Shown: in pieces, positions 53,364 to 62,336 of the stretch
Position numbering within the stretch: the first letter of the stretch is position 1
Layout: each line of letters begins with the position of its first letter
DNA from: a virus
Virus record (IMG/VR): IMGVR_UViG_3300045988_136451
Length of the DNA: 64,000 bases
Reading direction: 5' to 3' (one strand)
Notes under the pieces: generated by a model
What the model was told of the DNA's origin: nothing
Database searches by the model: none
What the model saw: the letters and a program-made list of their open reading frames with translations, nothing else
Program-made: the position numbers and the translations under genes

Positions 53364-54455
53364 CTACGCCGCCTTCTCGTAGCGGAAGAAGTGCGTCCAG
53401 CTGCCGGAGATTTTCACCACGGATATCTCGTCGCCCGTCTGGTCTCCGCCCTGCCCGTATATGCCGCCGTCCTCGGCGCTGTGAGCGCCCGCCGTCTCGC
53501 CGTTGCCGATATACCATTCCGTGTGAGCGGCGCGCCACATGATGTCGCCGCGCTTCAGCGAGCCGACGTTGCCGTCGTACGGGTACATCTTCCATCCGAT
53601 GGGCGGAAGAACCTCCTGCATGCGCGTCGTGTTGAACGTCCAGCTTCCAAGCTCCTCGCGCGTCCATCCACCGGCGAGGAGCGAGTAGAAGACCAATGAC
53701 GAGCAGTCGTAGTCGGGGTTCCCGTCGCGGTTCCCCTGACTGTACCCGTGGCTGTCGTCGTTGCATATCTGTATGGCCCACTGCACGGCCTTCTCGACCG
53801 CCTCGTACGAGGCGGTTCCCCCTCCGGCTGACGACGAGCCGCCGGAGCCTATGGCGGGGCCTGACGTTTGCAGCATCTTGTAAATCTGGTTCACCATGTC
53901 CGCGCCTTGGGTGTCGGCCAGCTTGACGCGGTACATCGACGTTGCGAACTCGATCACGTCGTCGGGCAGCTGCCCTATGGCGATCTTCGACGCGTCCCAG
54001 TTGGCGACGTTGGTGAGCACGTTCGCCCCCACGCGCCAGTACTCATCGTGCGTCTTCCACGTCGAGCTGTTCGTGAACAGGAGCTGCTGCGATTCGTACA
54101 GCCCCGCGTCCCAGTAGAGCGCTTGGAGGCGGTAGAGCGCGCACTTCCCGGACATCTCGAAGTCGGCGTTGTAAAGCCGCCAGAAGTCGCACTTGGTGAT
54201 GTACCCGGCGAAGACCGGGTACTCGTCGCCCTTGGACAGGCGTATGACGATTCTGTCCATGGGGGTGAACGCCCCGTTGTACTTCCCTCCCTTGTTCTGA
54301 AGGGACAGGGAGAACGTGGAGCAGCTATCGACGTTCAGGTTTATCTTGAAGCCGGTGATGTCGTCGGTGAGGTCGTACGCGCGCACGGAGCCGTCCGGCT
54401 GGCGCACCGCCACCTCGGCCTTGACCATCGGCGTGTAGGCGAGTATGGCCGTCAT
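53364..54455 (-). CDS. tail-associated cell-wall hydrolase: conserved N-terminal module plus NlpC/P60-like C-terminus (paralog B)
   Basis: N-terminus MTAILAYTPMVKAEV... is shared with paralogs A and C. C-terminal ...YDCSSLVFYSL... resembles the NlpC/P60 catalytic Cys context (YDCSGF). Confidence 0.5.
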   Translation of the reverse strand: MTAILAYTPMVKAEVAVRQPDGSVRAYDLTDDITGFKINLNVDSCSTFSLSLQNKGGKYNGAFTPMDRIVIRLSKGDEYPVFAGYITKCDFWRLYNADFEMSGKCALYRLQALYWDAGLYESQQLLFTNSSTWKTHDEYWRVGANVLTNVANWDASKIAIGQLPDDVIEFATSMYRVKLADTQGADMVNQIYKMLQTSGPAIGSGGSSSAGGGTASYEAVEKAVQWAIQICNDDSHGYSQGNRDGNPDYDCSSLVFYSLLAGGWTREELGSWTFNTTRMQEVLPPIGWKMYPYDGNVGSLKRGDIMWRAAHTEWYIGNGETAGAHSAEDGGIYGQGGDQTGDEISVVKISGSWTHFFRYEKAA

Positions 54456-55552
54456 GGCAGAAGCCCCGGCCTGCACGGATAGGCCTCGTCGAGTATAACG
54501 CCGCCGTTCCAGCCCCACCCGGTGCCCTGCGGCACGTAGGTGTTGCCGGAGTTCACCCATTCCGTCAGCGACCACTCGTGCACGTACCCTATGTTGTCGA
54601 GAACCACGCCGTTGCCGACGTAGATTCCCACATGGCCGTACACGCATCCGGGGTTGCCGGAGTTGTCCCAGCCGTAGCCGAACACGGCTGCTCCGACCTT
54701 GACCTTGCTCCAATCCGTCGATGCGCCCCACGCCCGCGCCGCCTCGCGCGCCGAAGACTTGCGGGGTATCTTGATTCCGGCAGCGTCGAACACGTCGTCA
54801 ACCCACTTCTGGCAGAAGCCGCCCTGCGTGGTTATGCCGTACCTCTCGGAGTTCTTCGCGACCTCGACGATCTTCTTCTGCGCCTCGGTCACGTCGCCGT
54901 CGAACACGTCCCCGCCGAGGCCCCCGATGTCCCCCGTCGCCTCCGTGAAGGTAGGCCCCGACACCTGCAACATCGAGTAGATTTGATTCACCATGTCGGC
55001 TCCCTGCGTGTCGGCCAGCCTCGCATCGTACATCGACAGCGCCCACTCGATGACCTCGGTCGGTATCTGGCCCACGCTGATGCGCTCGGCGGGCCAACCG
55101 GCGACGCTCATCAGGACGTTGGCTGCGGCGCGCCAGTAGCCGCCGTCCTGATCGGAGCTTTCGGCGCTCTGGAAAGTGACAAGCTCGCGAGACGCGAGAA
55201 GGCCGCTGTCCCAGTAAAGGGCCTGCAAGCGCCATAGAACGTCCTTGCCCGTTATGGTGACGGGCTGCGAGTTCAGCATGAACATGGGAACCTTCGTGAC
55301 GTAGCCCGCTAGGACTTGGTAGCGGTTCGCCTTGGAGAGGTATATGGCTATCGCGTCCATGGGCTTGAACGCCCCGTCGTACTTGCCGCCGACGTTCTGA
55401 AGCGTGAGCGAGAACGTGGAGCAGCCGTCGGTGTTCAGCGTCACGGAGAAGTCGGTGATGTCGTCGGTGAGGTCGTAGTACTTGTAGCCGTTCGCCGTCT
55501 GCGCCCTCACCTGCGCGCTCACCATCGGCGTGTAGGCGAGTATGGCCGTCAT
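54452..55552 (-). CDS. tail-associated cell-wall hydrolase: conserved N-terminal module plus CHAP/NlpC-like C-terminus (paralog C)
   Basis: Shared N-terminal module. C-terminal GGFCQKWV...YGHVGIYVGNG is a Cys...His papain-like (CHAP-type) arrangement. Confidence 0.5.
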   Translation of the reverse strand: MTAILAYTPMVSAQVRAQTANGYKYYDLTDDITDFSVTLNTDGCSTFSLTLQNVGGKYDGAFKPMDAIAIYLSKANRYQVLAGYVTKVPMFMLNSQPVTITGKDVLWRLQALYWDSGLLASRELVTFQSAESSDQDGGYWRAAANVLMSVAGWPAERISVGQIPTEVIEWALSMYDARLADTQGADMVNQIYSMLQVSGPTFTEATGDIGGLGGDVFDGDVTEAQKKIVEVAKNSERYGITTQGGFCQKWVDDVFDAAGIKIPRKSSAREAARAWGASTDWSKVKVGAAVFGYGWDNSGNPGCVYGHVGIYVGNGVVLDNIGYVHEWSLTEWVNSGNTYVPQGTGWGWNGGVILDEAYPCRPGLLP

Positions 55553-56061
55553 GCCCCGGTCGCCTCCCCACGGAACGCAGCGTCGCCCTGCGCCTTGATA
55601 TCGTCCTGCTCAACCTTGTCGGCGGGGATGTCGCCAACGCCTCCGGTGTTCTCGCTCTCGTTGCCCTCCTCGCCCGTCTCGTCCTTGACGATGACGCACT
55701 GGTAGGAGTTCTGATAGACGGAATCGCCGAACTTCACGTCAACCGGGAAGCTGGTGAACGCGATGGAGTAGGACTTCTTTATGACGGGGATGGACAGCAC
55801 CATGTGGCTCGGCTTGGTCATCGAGGTGAGGTACATGTGGTACTCGGCTATCCAGCGCGAGAACTCCAAGTACTCCTCCCGGCTCCTGAACGCGAGGCCG
55901 AGCGTTATGTCGCTCTTGCGCCAGTTGCGGGGGTACGCCGTCTGCCCCTGCCGCGCGTACGACGTTGCCGTGAGGCCGAGCGACATGCCGAAGGCGAAGT
56001 CCTCGACTATGACATCCTTGCTCCTGCCGTTGTACGTCAGCGTCCCGTTGAACGTTCCCAT
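55549..56061 (-). CDS. hypothetical baseplate-region protein
   Basis: 170 aa, between the hydrolase paralogs and the post-TMP gene. Confidence 0.4.
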   Translation of the reverse strand: MGTFNGTLTYNGRSKDVIVEDFAFGMSLGLTATSYARQGQTAYPRNWRKSDITLGLAFRSREEYLEFSRWIAEYHMYLTSMTKPSHMVLSIPVIKKSYSIAFTSFPVDVKFGDSVYQNSYQCVIVKDETGEEGNESENTGGVGDIPADKVEQDDIKAQGDAAFRGEATGA

Positions 56062-56062
56062 G

Positions 56063-56776
56063 TCAGCTCACCCTGTTGTAGGAGCCGTCTTCGTTCCACA
56101 CGTAGCGAACCATCTCCGACGTGCCGCCCGACACTTCGAGGCGCACCACGCCGTCGTCGGTCGTGACCTCTCCCTCGTCGTTCTGCCTGATCTTCTCGTA
56201 CTGCTCGTAGAGGCTCGCGCCGTAAGCATCGTAGCTCCCGCTGTTCTCCACGACCTGCTTCAGCGCCTTCAGCATGTCTTCCCAGTTGTTCGTGTCGGGC
56301 GTGTTGTACACGCTGCGCGTCCACCCAACGCCGTCGGGGATGGCGTTGAGCGCGTCGGTCGCCACGATCTCCTTGATGGTGTCGAAGCCGGTATCGACGA
56401 AGAACGTGAGCTGGTAGCTTATGGCCGCGACCTTCGGGCTGTAGCTGAACTTCGACACGTCCTTCAGGAACACCTTCCCGTTCCATCCGAGCACCGGGAA
56501 GTAGAACGTGACCGGGTTGCCGGTGTCCACGTGGTACTGCATGATGTCGGCCATCTTCTGCTGGAACTCCTCCATGCGCTGGTAGCGGTTCTCGTTCGTG
56601 AGGCCGCGCGCCGAGAGGTAGCCGGTGATGGTGAGGTCGCTGATGTTGCGCGCGATGATCTGGACGACGGTGCCGCCCTTCGTCTGAATCTTGTTCGTCT
56701 TCAGCTCGTAGCCCCATTTCGCCGTGCTGGGGTCGATGCCGAACGCGTAGTTGCCGAGCCTCGCCGTAGCCATCAC
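56063..56776 (-). CDS. hypothetical baseplate/distal-tail protein (first gene after tape measure)
   Basis: 237 aa. ATGA overlap with the TMP stop. Confidence 0.4.
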   Translation of the reverse strand: MMATARLGNYAFGIDPSTAKWGYELKTNKIQTKGGTVVQIIARNISDLTITGYLSARGLTNENRYQRMEEFQQKMADIMQYHVDTGNPVTFYFPVLGWNGKVFLKDVSKFSYSPKVAAISYQLTFFVDTGFDTIKEIVATDALNAIPDGVGWTRSVYNTPDTNNWEDMLKALKQVVENSGSYDAYGASLYEQYEKIRQNDEGEVTTDDGVVRLEVSGGTSEMVRYVWNEDGSYNRVS

Positions 56777-58983
56777 ATGCCCCCGTTGTCCGACTGCATC
56801 TGCTCGCGCCCGTTCTCGACCATGATGGCGAGCACCTTTTCAGCGTCGTCCTGCCACCTCACGGTCAGCGCCACGGGCGTTTCTCCCGTGTCGGAATCGG
56901 AGTAGCCGTACCACGCGCCCTTGTCCTGCCAGTCGAACTTGCCCGACAGGAACGACGCAGCGCCCGTCTGGTTGCCGAGCCAGTCCTTGCCGTACTCGCC
57001 GTAAGACCACGCGGTGTCGCTGAACATGCGGGCCATGCCCTCGTCGGTCATCCCGGCCATGTCCTCTGCGGTCACTTCGCCGGAAAGCTCCATGGCCTGC
57101 ATGAAGATGGCCTTCTCGTCGTCCGACAGGCTCGCGTAGTCCTTCGACAGGATGTCCTTCAGAACCGCGTCGCCCTTCTTGTCGCCCATGCTAAGGCCGC
57201 TCACGTAGTTGGACATCCCGCTGACCTCGATGATGCCCGCCTCGGAGTACGTGTTGATGCTCGATGCCTCGGTGCTTCCGCCAAGCTCCTTCGCACGTTC
57301 GAGCATGGAGTTCACGCCGTCGCCGCCCACCGATTCCTGCTGGGCGCGGTTCGCGCCGCCCACGAGAACGTCGGACAGCATGTCGAACACCCCGTCGGGG
57401 TCTTCTATGAGGCTCATTGGAAGCTGCTTCATGCCGAACAGGGACGCGAGCTGCTGCTGCACGCTTATCTGCTTCGCCATGCCGTCGATGCCGAGGCCGC
57501 TTGCGCTCTTCAGCTCGCCCACCACGCTGTTGAACTTGTCCCGGTCGCCGCTCATGACCGCGCCGATGAGCGCTTCCACGTCGCCGCCCTTCGTCTGCGC
57601 GGCGTACCCGACCGTCTGCTGTATGGCGGCTGCGTACGCCTGACCGGTGTCCATGCCCTGCGCGATGTTCTGCGACACGTTGTTCTGGAACATGGGGTTG
57701 CTCCCGTACGCGCTTATGAAGCCGTTGGCGGCGCTGTAGGTGTTGCCGCTCGCGTCGCCGAAGAAGCGGGTGAGGTCAACGCCGACCTCCTGCGCCTCGA
57801 CCGACGAGCCGGTAAGCCCCTCCATGGTCTTCGCGAAGCCCTCCTGCTGCTCCTGTATGGACGACAGGGACGCGCCCGTGCTCTCCGCCACCTGCGCGAG
57901 CGTGTCGAACTTCTCGTTCAGGTAATCGACGCTCTTGCCGCCCTTCACGACGGCCTTCACGTACTCGTCGGTCGCCTTCGAGGCGGACAGGCCGCGCTCC
58001 TGCGTCGCGTTCACGACCCAATCGTATCCCTGTCCGTACGTCTCGCTGCCGTAGGTCGCGCCGCCCGACATGAGGCCCTGCTGAATCGTCTGCACGTCCT
58101 TGTCCGAGAGGTTGGTCGTGAACTCCGTGAGCTTCGACTGGATGCCCTGCTCCACGCCGACGTTGAGGTTGCCGGTGCCGCCGGTCGCCTCCAACGAGGC
58201 GTTCTTCAGACCTTGGAACTGGTCGATGCCGCTCTCCACGAGGTTGAGACCCGCAACGGCGGTGCCGAGCACCGCGCCCACGGGGCCGAGGAACTTCAGC
58301 ACGCCGCCCGCCTTTGAAAGGACGTTGGCGATGGTGCCCATGCCGCGCGTGCCGCCAGCCCCCAGAGCGCCTATGACGGACGTAGCGCCCTGCGCGACCT
58401 CCGCTGCGGTTCCCGCGCCCTGCATGACGCGATCTGCCGTGCTAGGCCCTTCATAGCTCTCCACAAGCCTATCGAAGGAGCTTTGCTGCGCAGACGCGCT
58501 GCCCTGACGCACGACGTTCGAGTACAGCTTGTCCATGAACTCGTCGTCGCGCGCCCGCATGTCCTCCGCCATCTGTCGGCGGTCGTCGTCGAGGGCGCGT
58601 ATGAACTCATCGACCTTCTTGGTTCGCTCCGCCTGCTCCTTGTCGATCTTCTCCTGAAGACTGGCGAACGTCTCCCTCGTCTCGCGAGCGGCATCCGTCT
58701 GCTCCTCAACCGCCTTGGTGAGTTCGGGGGTTTCGAGAACCATGGCCGCGCCGGTGCCGTTGCCGTCGATGCCGACGCTGCCGCCTAGGTCGCGTATCTC
58801 CTCGATGTAGTCTTGGAACACCCCTATCTGCTTGGTCATCTTATCGACCTCGGAGACGAGGGAGGTTGCCGCCTCCTCGACAACGCTCTTCGACGCGTCG
58901 GCGCGCTGCACCAGCTCGCCCATGCGCTGCGCAACGTCCGTGGAGGACGTTACGGGCCTGCGTACCACGTTGTCTTCGGCCAT
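56773..58983 (-). CDS. tail tape measure protein
   Basis: 736 aa, A/G/Q-rich with long predicted helical stretches (IGALGAGGTRGMGTIANVLSKAGGVLKFLGPVGAVLG...). Sits immediately downstream of the G/GT chaperone pair. Confidence 0.65.
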   Translation of the reverse strand: MAEDNVVRRPVTSSTDVAQRMGELVQRADASKSVVEEAATSLVSEVDKMTKQIGVFQDYIEEIRDLGGSVGIDGNGTGAAMVLETPELTKAVEEQTDAARETRETFASLQEKIDKEQAERTKKVDEFIRALDDDRRQMAEDMRARDDEFMDKLYSNVVRQGSASAQQSSFDRLVESYEGPSTADRVMQGAGTAAEVAQGATSVIGALGAGGTRGMGTIANVLSKAGGVLKFLGPVGAVLGTAVAGLNLVESGIDQFQGLKNASLEATGGTGNLNVGVEQGIQSKLTEFTTNLSDKDVQTIQQGLMSGGATYGSETYGQGYDWVVNATQERGLSASKATDEYVKAVVKGGKSVDYLNEKFDTLAQVAESTGASLSSIQEQQEGFAKTMEGLTGSSVEAQEVGVDLTRFFGDASGNTYSAANGFISAYGSNPMFQNNVSQNIAQGMDTGQAYAAAIQQTVGYAAQTKGGDVEALIGAVMSGDRDKFNSVVGELKSASGLGIDGMAKQISVQQQLASLFGMKQLPMSLIEDPDGVFDMLSDVLVGGANRAQQESVGGDGVNSMLERAKELGGSTEASSINTYSEAGIIEVSGMSNYVSGLSMGDKKGDAVLKDILSKDYASLSDDEKAIFMQAMELSGEVTAEDMAGMTDEGMARMFSDTAWSYGEYGKDWLGNQTGAASFLSGKFDWQDKGAWYGYSDSDTGETPVALTVRWQDDAEKVLAIMVENGREQMQSDNGGM

Positions 58984-58984
58984 G

Positions 58985-59350
58985 CTACACTCCCTGCTGC
59001 TCCATCATCCGCATAAGGCCCTCCATGGTGTCGGACGTGATGCACACGTCGTCCGCCTCCTGCGACTTGCGCCATTGGCGCATCTCAATCGACTTCTGGT
59101 AGCTGTCCGGGTGCTCGTAGGAAAGCCAGAAGTCCTTGTCCTCCCTATTATCGAGGAGTTCGCGCGCCCGTTCAAGACGCTTGGCGATGTCGAGCGCCGT
59201 GATCTGCACGACGTTCAGGTCTCCTTCGAGCATCCGCCGATGATAGGCCTGCTGGCACTGCGAGAAGGCGAGCGCGACACCTCGCGGCAGCTCGTCCTCG
59301 CTGCCAGTCAGGCCGATTATTTTTTTAGCGCGCCCGCCACCTCGGCGCAC
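58985..59350 (-). CDS. tail assembly chaperone, T-frame (reached by -1 frameshift from the G gene)
   Basis: Overlaps the G gene by 34 nt in the -1 frame. The A7 slippery run lies in the overlap. Confidence 0.55.
   Translation of the reverse strand: MRRGGGRAKKIIGLTGSEDELPRGVALAFSQCQQAYHRRMLEGDLNVVQITALDIAKRLERARELLDNREDKDFWLSYEHPDSYQKSIEMRQWRKSQEADDVCITSDTMEGLMRMMEQQGV
59317..59332 (-). other. programmed -1 ribosomal frameshift site (A AAA AAA) for the G/GT chaperone fusion
   Basis: Minus strand reads GCGCUAAAAAAAUAAUCGGC. The A7 run (plus ~59320-59326) is in the last two sense codons of the G frame. A -1 slip continues ...ALKK IIGLTGSEDELP... in the T frame. Confidence 0.6.
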
Positions 59351-59721
59351 GACCTGCTCATGGCCTTGTACTCGTCGTAAAGGAACTCGACGACCGTGGC
59401 GTACCAGTTCTTCATCTGCTCCGCCTTGGTCGCGATGGGGTCTACCTCCGGCTGTATGCCGCCGAGCATCGACTGGCCGTCAACGCTCTGCACCGCCGCC
59501 GCGACGGTGTAGAGCTTCAGAGCGCTTATCTCGTTGCGGCAACCCACGTACTCGCGCGTGAGCTGCCCCACGCGCAGCTCCTCGCCCTGCGTGAGCGTCT
59601 TCAGCGCGATCTTGTGCCCCGCGTACTCAACGGTCTTCGTCATGGCCCCGACGTAAAGCAGCCCTAGGAAGGGCTGCTTGTATTCTTCGGGGAAGACCTC
59701 GCCGATAGCTTTCTCGGCCAT
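59317..59721 (-). CDS. tail assembly chaperone, G-frame
   Basis: Trimmed to MAEKAIGEVFPEEYK (RBS GGGAGG 8 nt). Ends ...GALKK* on CUA AAA AAA UAA. Confidence 0.55.
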   Translation of the reverse strand: MAEKAIGEVFPEEYKQPFLGLLYVGAMTKTVEYAGHKIALKTLTQGEELRVGQLTREYVGCRNEISALKLYTVAAAVQSVDGQSMLGGIQPEVDPIATKAEQMKNWYATVVEFLYDEYKAMSRSCAEVAGALKK

Positions 59722-59741
59722 TGTTCGTCCTCCCTGTCGCG

Positions 59742-60317
59742 TTAGTATGTGATGCCGCCTGCGGTGTCGCGCTCGGCGACGGTGAGCGTCTGCACGAGGC
59801 GGCGGGTGTACTTGATCTCGATGTCCACGGTCATCTCCATGGTGCGGCTCTCGAACGTCTCCGGCTGGATGCAGTTCGTGATGACCGCGCCTTCGTAGGT
59901 GATGACCCTCCAAAGGTTGTCGCTCGCGCCGCTACCGGCCCGCTCGAACTTCTTCACGAGGATGCGGTTGCCCGCCTTGCGCTGCGCCTCGAACACCTCG
60001 TAGATGTTCACGAGGCGGTTGGCCTCCGTGGGGCCGCCGAGCACGTTGGTGTTCTCCAACGCCGTCGCGATGCCCTCCTTTCCCCAGAGCTGCCATACGC
60101 GGCAGCGGATGGTGCCGGAGCCTTGCACGACGGGCGGAACGATCTCGACGGGGCAGAACGAGCCTACCGGGATGATGTCAACGGCGCTCGTGACGGCGGT
60201 GCCGGGGGTGTCGGTCGCCTGCGCCATGAAGCGCATGGGCTTGGTGGAACCCCCTTCGTCGCCGATGGCGATGAACGTGTTGCCGCCGCCTGCGACGCGT
60301 ACTTGGGAATCAGGCAT
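59742..60317 (-). CDS. tail tube protein (tentative)
   Basis: 191 aa, immediately after the sheath gene and before the chaperones. RBS AAGGAG 8 nt. Confidence 0.5.
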   Translation of the reverse strand: MPDSQVRVAGGGNTFIAIGDEGGSTKPMRFMAQATDTPGTAVTSAVDIIPVGSFCPVEIVPPVVQGSGTIRCRVWQLWGKEGIATALENTNVLGGPTEANRLVNIYEVFEAQRKAGNRILVKKFERAGSGASDNLWRVITYEGAVITNCIQPETFESRTMEMTVDIEIKYTRRLVQTLTVAERDTAGGITY

Positions 60318-60330
60318 TTCTCACTCCTTC

Positions 60331-62262
60331 CTAGACTGCGGTGGTGCCGTTGATGGAGAACTTGATGTAGATGCGGTTGATGCCGTAGGTCGGCGTGTAC
60401 CCCAAGCTGATGTTCACCTGCGTGGGGTCGGTCGCATCCTGCTCCACCGACGGGTCGGTGTACTCGGTCAGGTACCCGTCGGTCTGCATGCGCGACAGGA
60501 GCGCGGCGGTGCTGGACTTGATGTCGAGGAGCACCTGCGCGGTGGCGACAGAGCCGATGAAGCCCGACGCGAACGCGCGGCGCAGCGACTTCACGATGTA
60601 GAGCTTGCACATCTGGATGTTCAGCTCGCGCTTGACGACGGACGCGGTGGACGTGGTGATTCCTTGGATGACCGTCATGGCCGCGTTGATGTAGTCGATG
60701 AACAGAAGGCCGTTGTTCACTTGGTTCGTCTTGACCGTGGTGGTGAACGTCTCGTTCGGGCCGTACAGCCCGAGCACCTTCTTGTGCGTGAGCGGGTTGT
60801 ACTGCGCCATGGATGACGCGAGACCGGCGACCGCCGCCGCGCCGTAGAAACCGGCGATTGCCTCGACCACGTTGGTCTGGCGGTTGCGGAACTGGAACGT
60901 CGCGGGCGAGACCAGCACGCAGTCCTCGCTCGCGATGGACTTCGCGTAGGCGATCATCTGGTCGGAGGTCACGGCCTCCTCGGTTCCGTCAGCGCCCATG
61001 AACGCTATGCGCTCGTCCGCGTTCTCCTTCATGGTGCGGATGTGCGCCTGCGCGGCGTTCCACACCTCCGGTGAGCCGGACACGGGGACAACGATGTCGA
61101 TTCCCGAGACCTTGGTAAGCTGCTCGAACGCGTCCTCGAACGACTGGACGGTGTAGGTCGCGGCGCTGCCGCCCTGCGTGGCCGGGTTGCACGCAGCCGC
61201 GTAGAAGCCCGACAGGCCGCACAGCGACGCGATGTAGATCGCGAGGGACAGCGGGGACTGCACGTTGCCCGCAGCGTCCCACGGCACGCCGTACACGTCG
61301 ATGCACTCGTTGTAGGACGCGAAGTACTGCGGTGCGGTGTAAGCGTCCCCCTTGTAGTTGTACGAAACGACAACGCGGTCGCCGCTGCGGATGCCGCAAT
61401 AGGCGTACGCGGCGTACATGTAGTTGCCCTTCGATTCGTCGAACGTCGGGATGCGGCTCGACGGCGTGCGCGATATGCGCCCCGTCTGGTAGTCCACAAC
61501 GAAGTCGATGCCCTCGACGTATCCGCCCTCGACCTGACCGCTGCCGTTGCCGTCCGGAGTGTCGCCGTAGGCGTTGCCGTCGGTCGCGCTGGACACGATG
61601 ACCACGGTGCTCTCGCCCGATTCGTCCTTCGACACGTAGGGATGGGAGAGCGTGTAGGCCGCCTCGCCGTTGAGCTGGACAGGCTCCGCCGTCGCCCAGT
61701 CGAACGATATGGACAGCTTGGTGTTGTTCGCCAGCGCCCCGCCGATCTTGGACGAGAACGTGCCCGTCTGGTAGTTGATGATGTAGTCGGTTCCCTCCAC
61801 GTAGTTCTTCGACTTGTCGTCCTTGACCACGACCGTACCGGCGATGACGAAGCCCTCGATGGGGTTGTTCTCGCCGTCGAAGAGGATGGAGAAGCTGGGC
61901 TGCGCGGAGAAATAGGTGTACTGCTTCTCCGTCACGGTATTCTTCGTGGTTGTGCTGCGCAGCAGCTTTCGCGCGATTGTCGCCTTCTGGTCTGCGCCCT
62001 GCACGACGGTGTAGTCCTGCTCGTTCACGAACTGAACGCCGCTGGACGCACTTGTGACGGTGTAGCTGTCGGCTATAACGCCCGCGTTGTTCAGCGGCAC
62101 AGCGGTCACGCCTTCGAGCGTGATCTGCTGCGTGGCCGTGCGGAAGCCGATTGCGGGGCCGACGAAAGCGACCACGGCGTTCCCACCCACTGTGGTATTC
62201 AGACGGGGGCCTTCTACTTCCTCCGTGTAGATACCCGGCAGCGAGTTGTTCAAATCAGCCAT
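60331..62262 (-). CDS. contractile tail sheath protein
   Basis: Trimmed to MADLNNSLPGIYTEEV (RBS AAGGAG). The N-terminal PG(I/V)Y(T/I)EE motif and ~640-aa size are typical of phage sheath proteins. Confidence 0.65.
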   Translation of the reverse strand: MADLNNSLPGIYTEEVEGPRLNTTVGGNAVVAFVGPAIGFRTATQQITLEGVTAVPLNNAGVIADSYTVTSASSGVQFVNEQDYTVVQGADQKATIARKLLRSTTTKNTVTEKQYTYFSAQPSFSILFDGENNPIEGFVIAGTVVVKDDKSKNYVEGTDYIINYQTGTFSSKIGGALANNTKLSISFDWATAEPVQLNGEAAYTLSHPYVSKDESGESTVVIVSSATDGNAYGDTPDGNGSGQVEGGYVEGIDFVVDYQTGRISRTPSSRIPTFDESKGNYMYAAYAYCGIRSGDRVVVSYNYKGDAYTAPQYFASYNECIDVYGVPWDAAGNVQSPLSLAIYIASLCGLSGFYAAACNPATQGGSAATYTVQSFEDAFEQLTKVSGIDIVVPVSGSPEVWNAAQAHIRTMKENADERIAFMGADGTEEAVTSDQMIAYAKSIASEDCVLVSPATFQFRNRQTNVVEAIAGFYGAAAVAGLASSMAQYNPLTHKKVLGLYGPNETFTTTVKTNQVNNGLLFIDYINAAMTVIQGITTSTASVVKRELNIQMCKLYIVKSLRRAFASGFIGSVATAQVLLDIKSSTAALLSRMQTDGYLTEYTDPSVEQDATDPTQVNISLGYTPTYGINRIYIKFSINGTTAV

Positions 62263-62336
62263 GGGTACTCTCCTTCGATTGCTCGACATTGACAATGACC
62301 CCATTTTAGACGAGAAAGATGCCCTCCGCCATGCCC

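Noticed and set aside
3043-59337. Whether the recurring 16-bp palindromes and AAGTTAAGA repeats are a CRISPR array or MITE-like element
   Set aside because: Copies are 3-20 kb apart, sit upstream of genes or inside them, and have no regular repeat-spacer periodicity or flanking target-site duplications. A regulatory motif is the better explanation.
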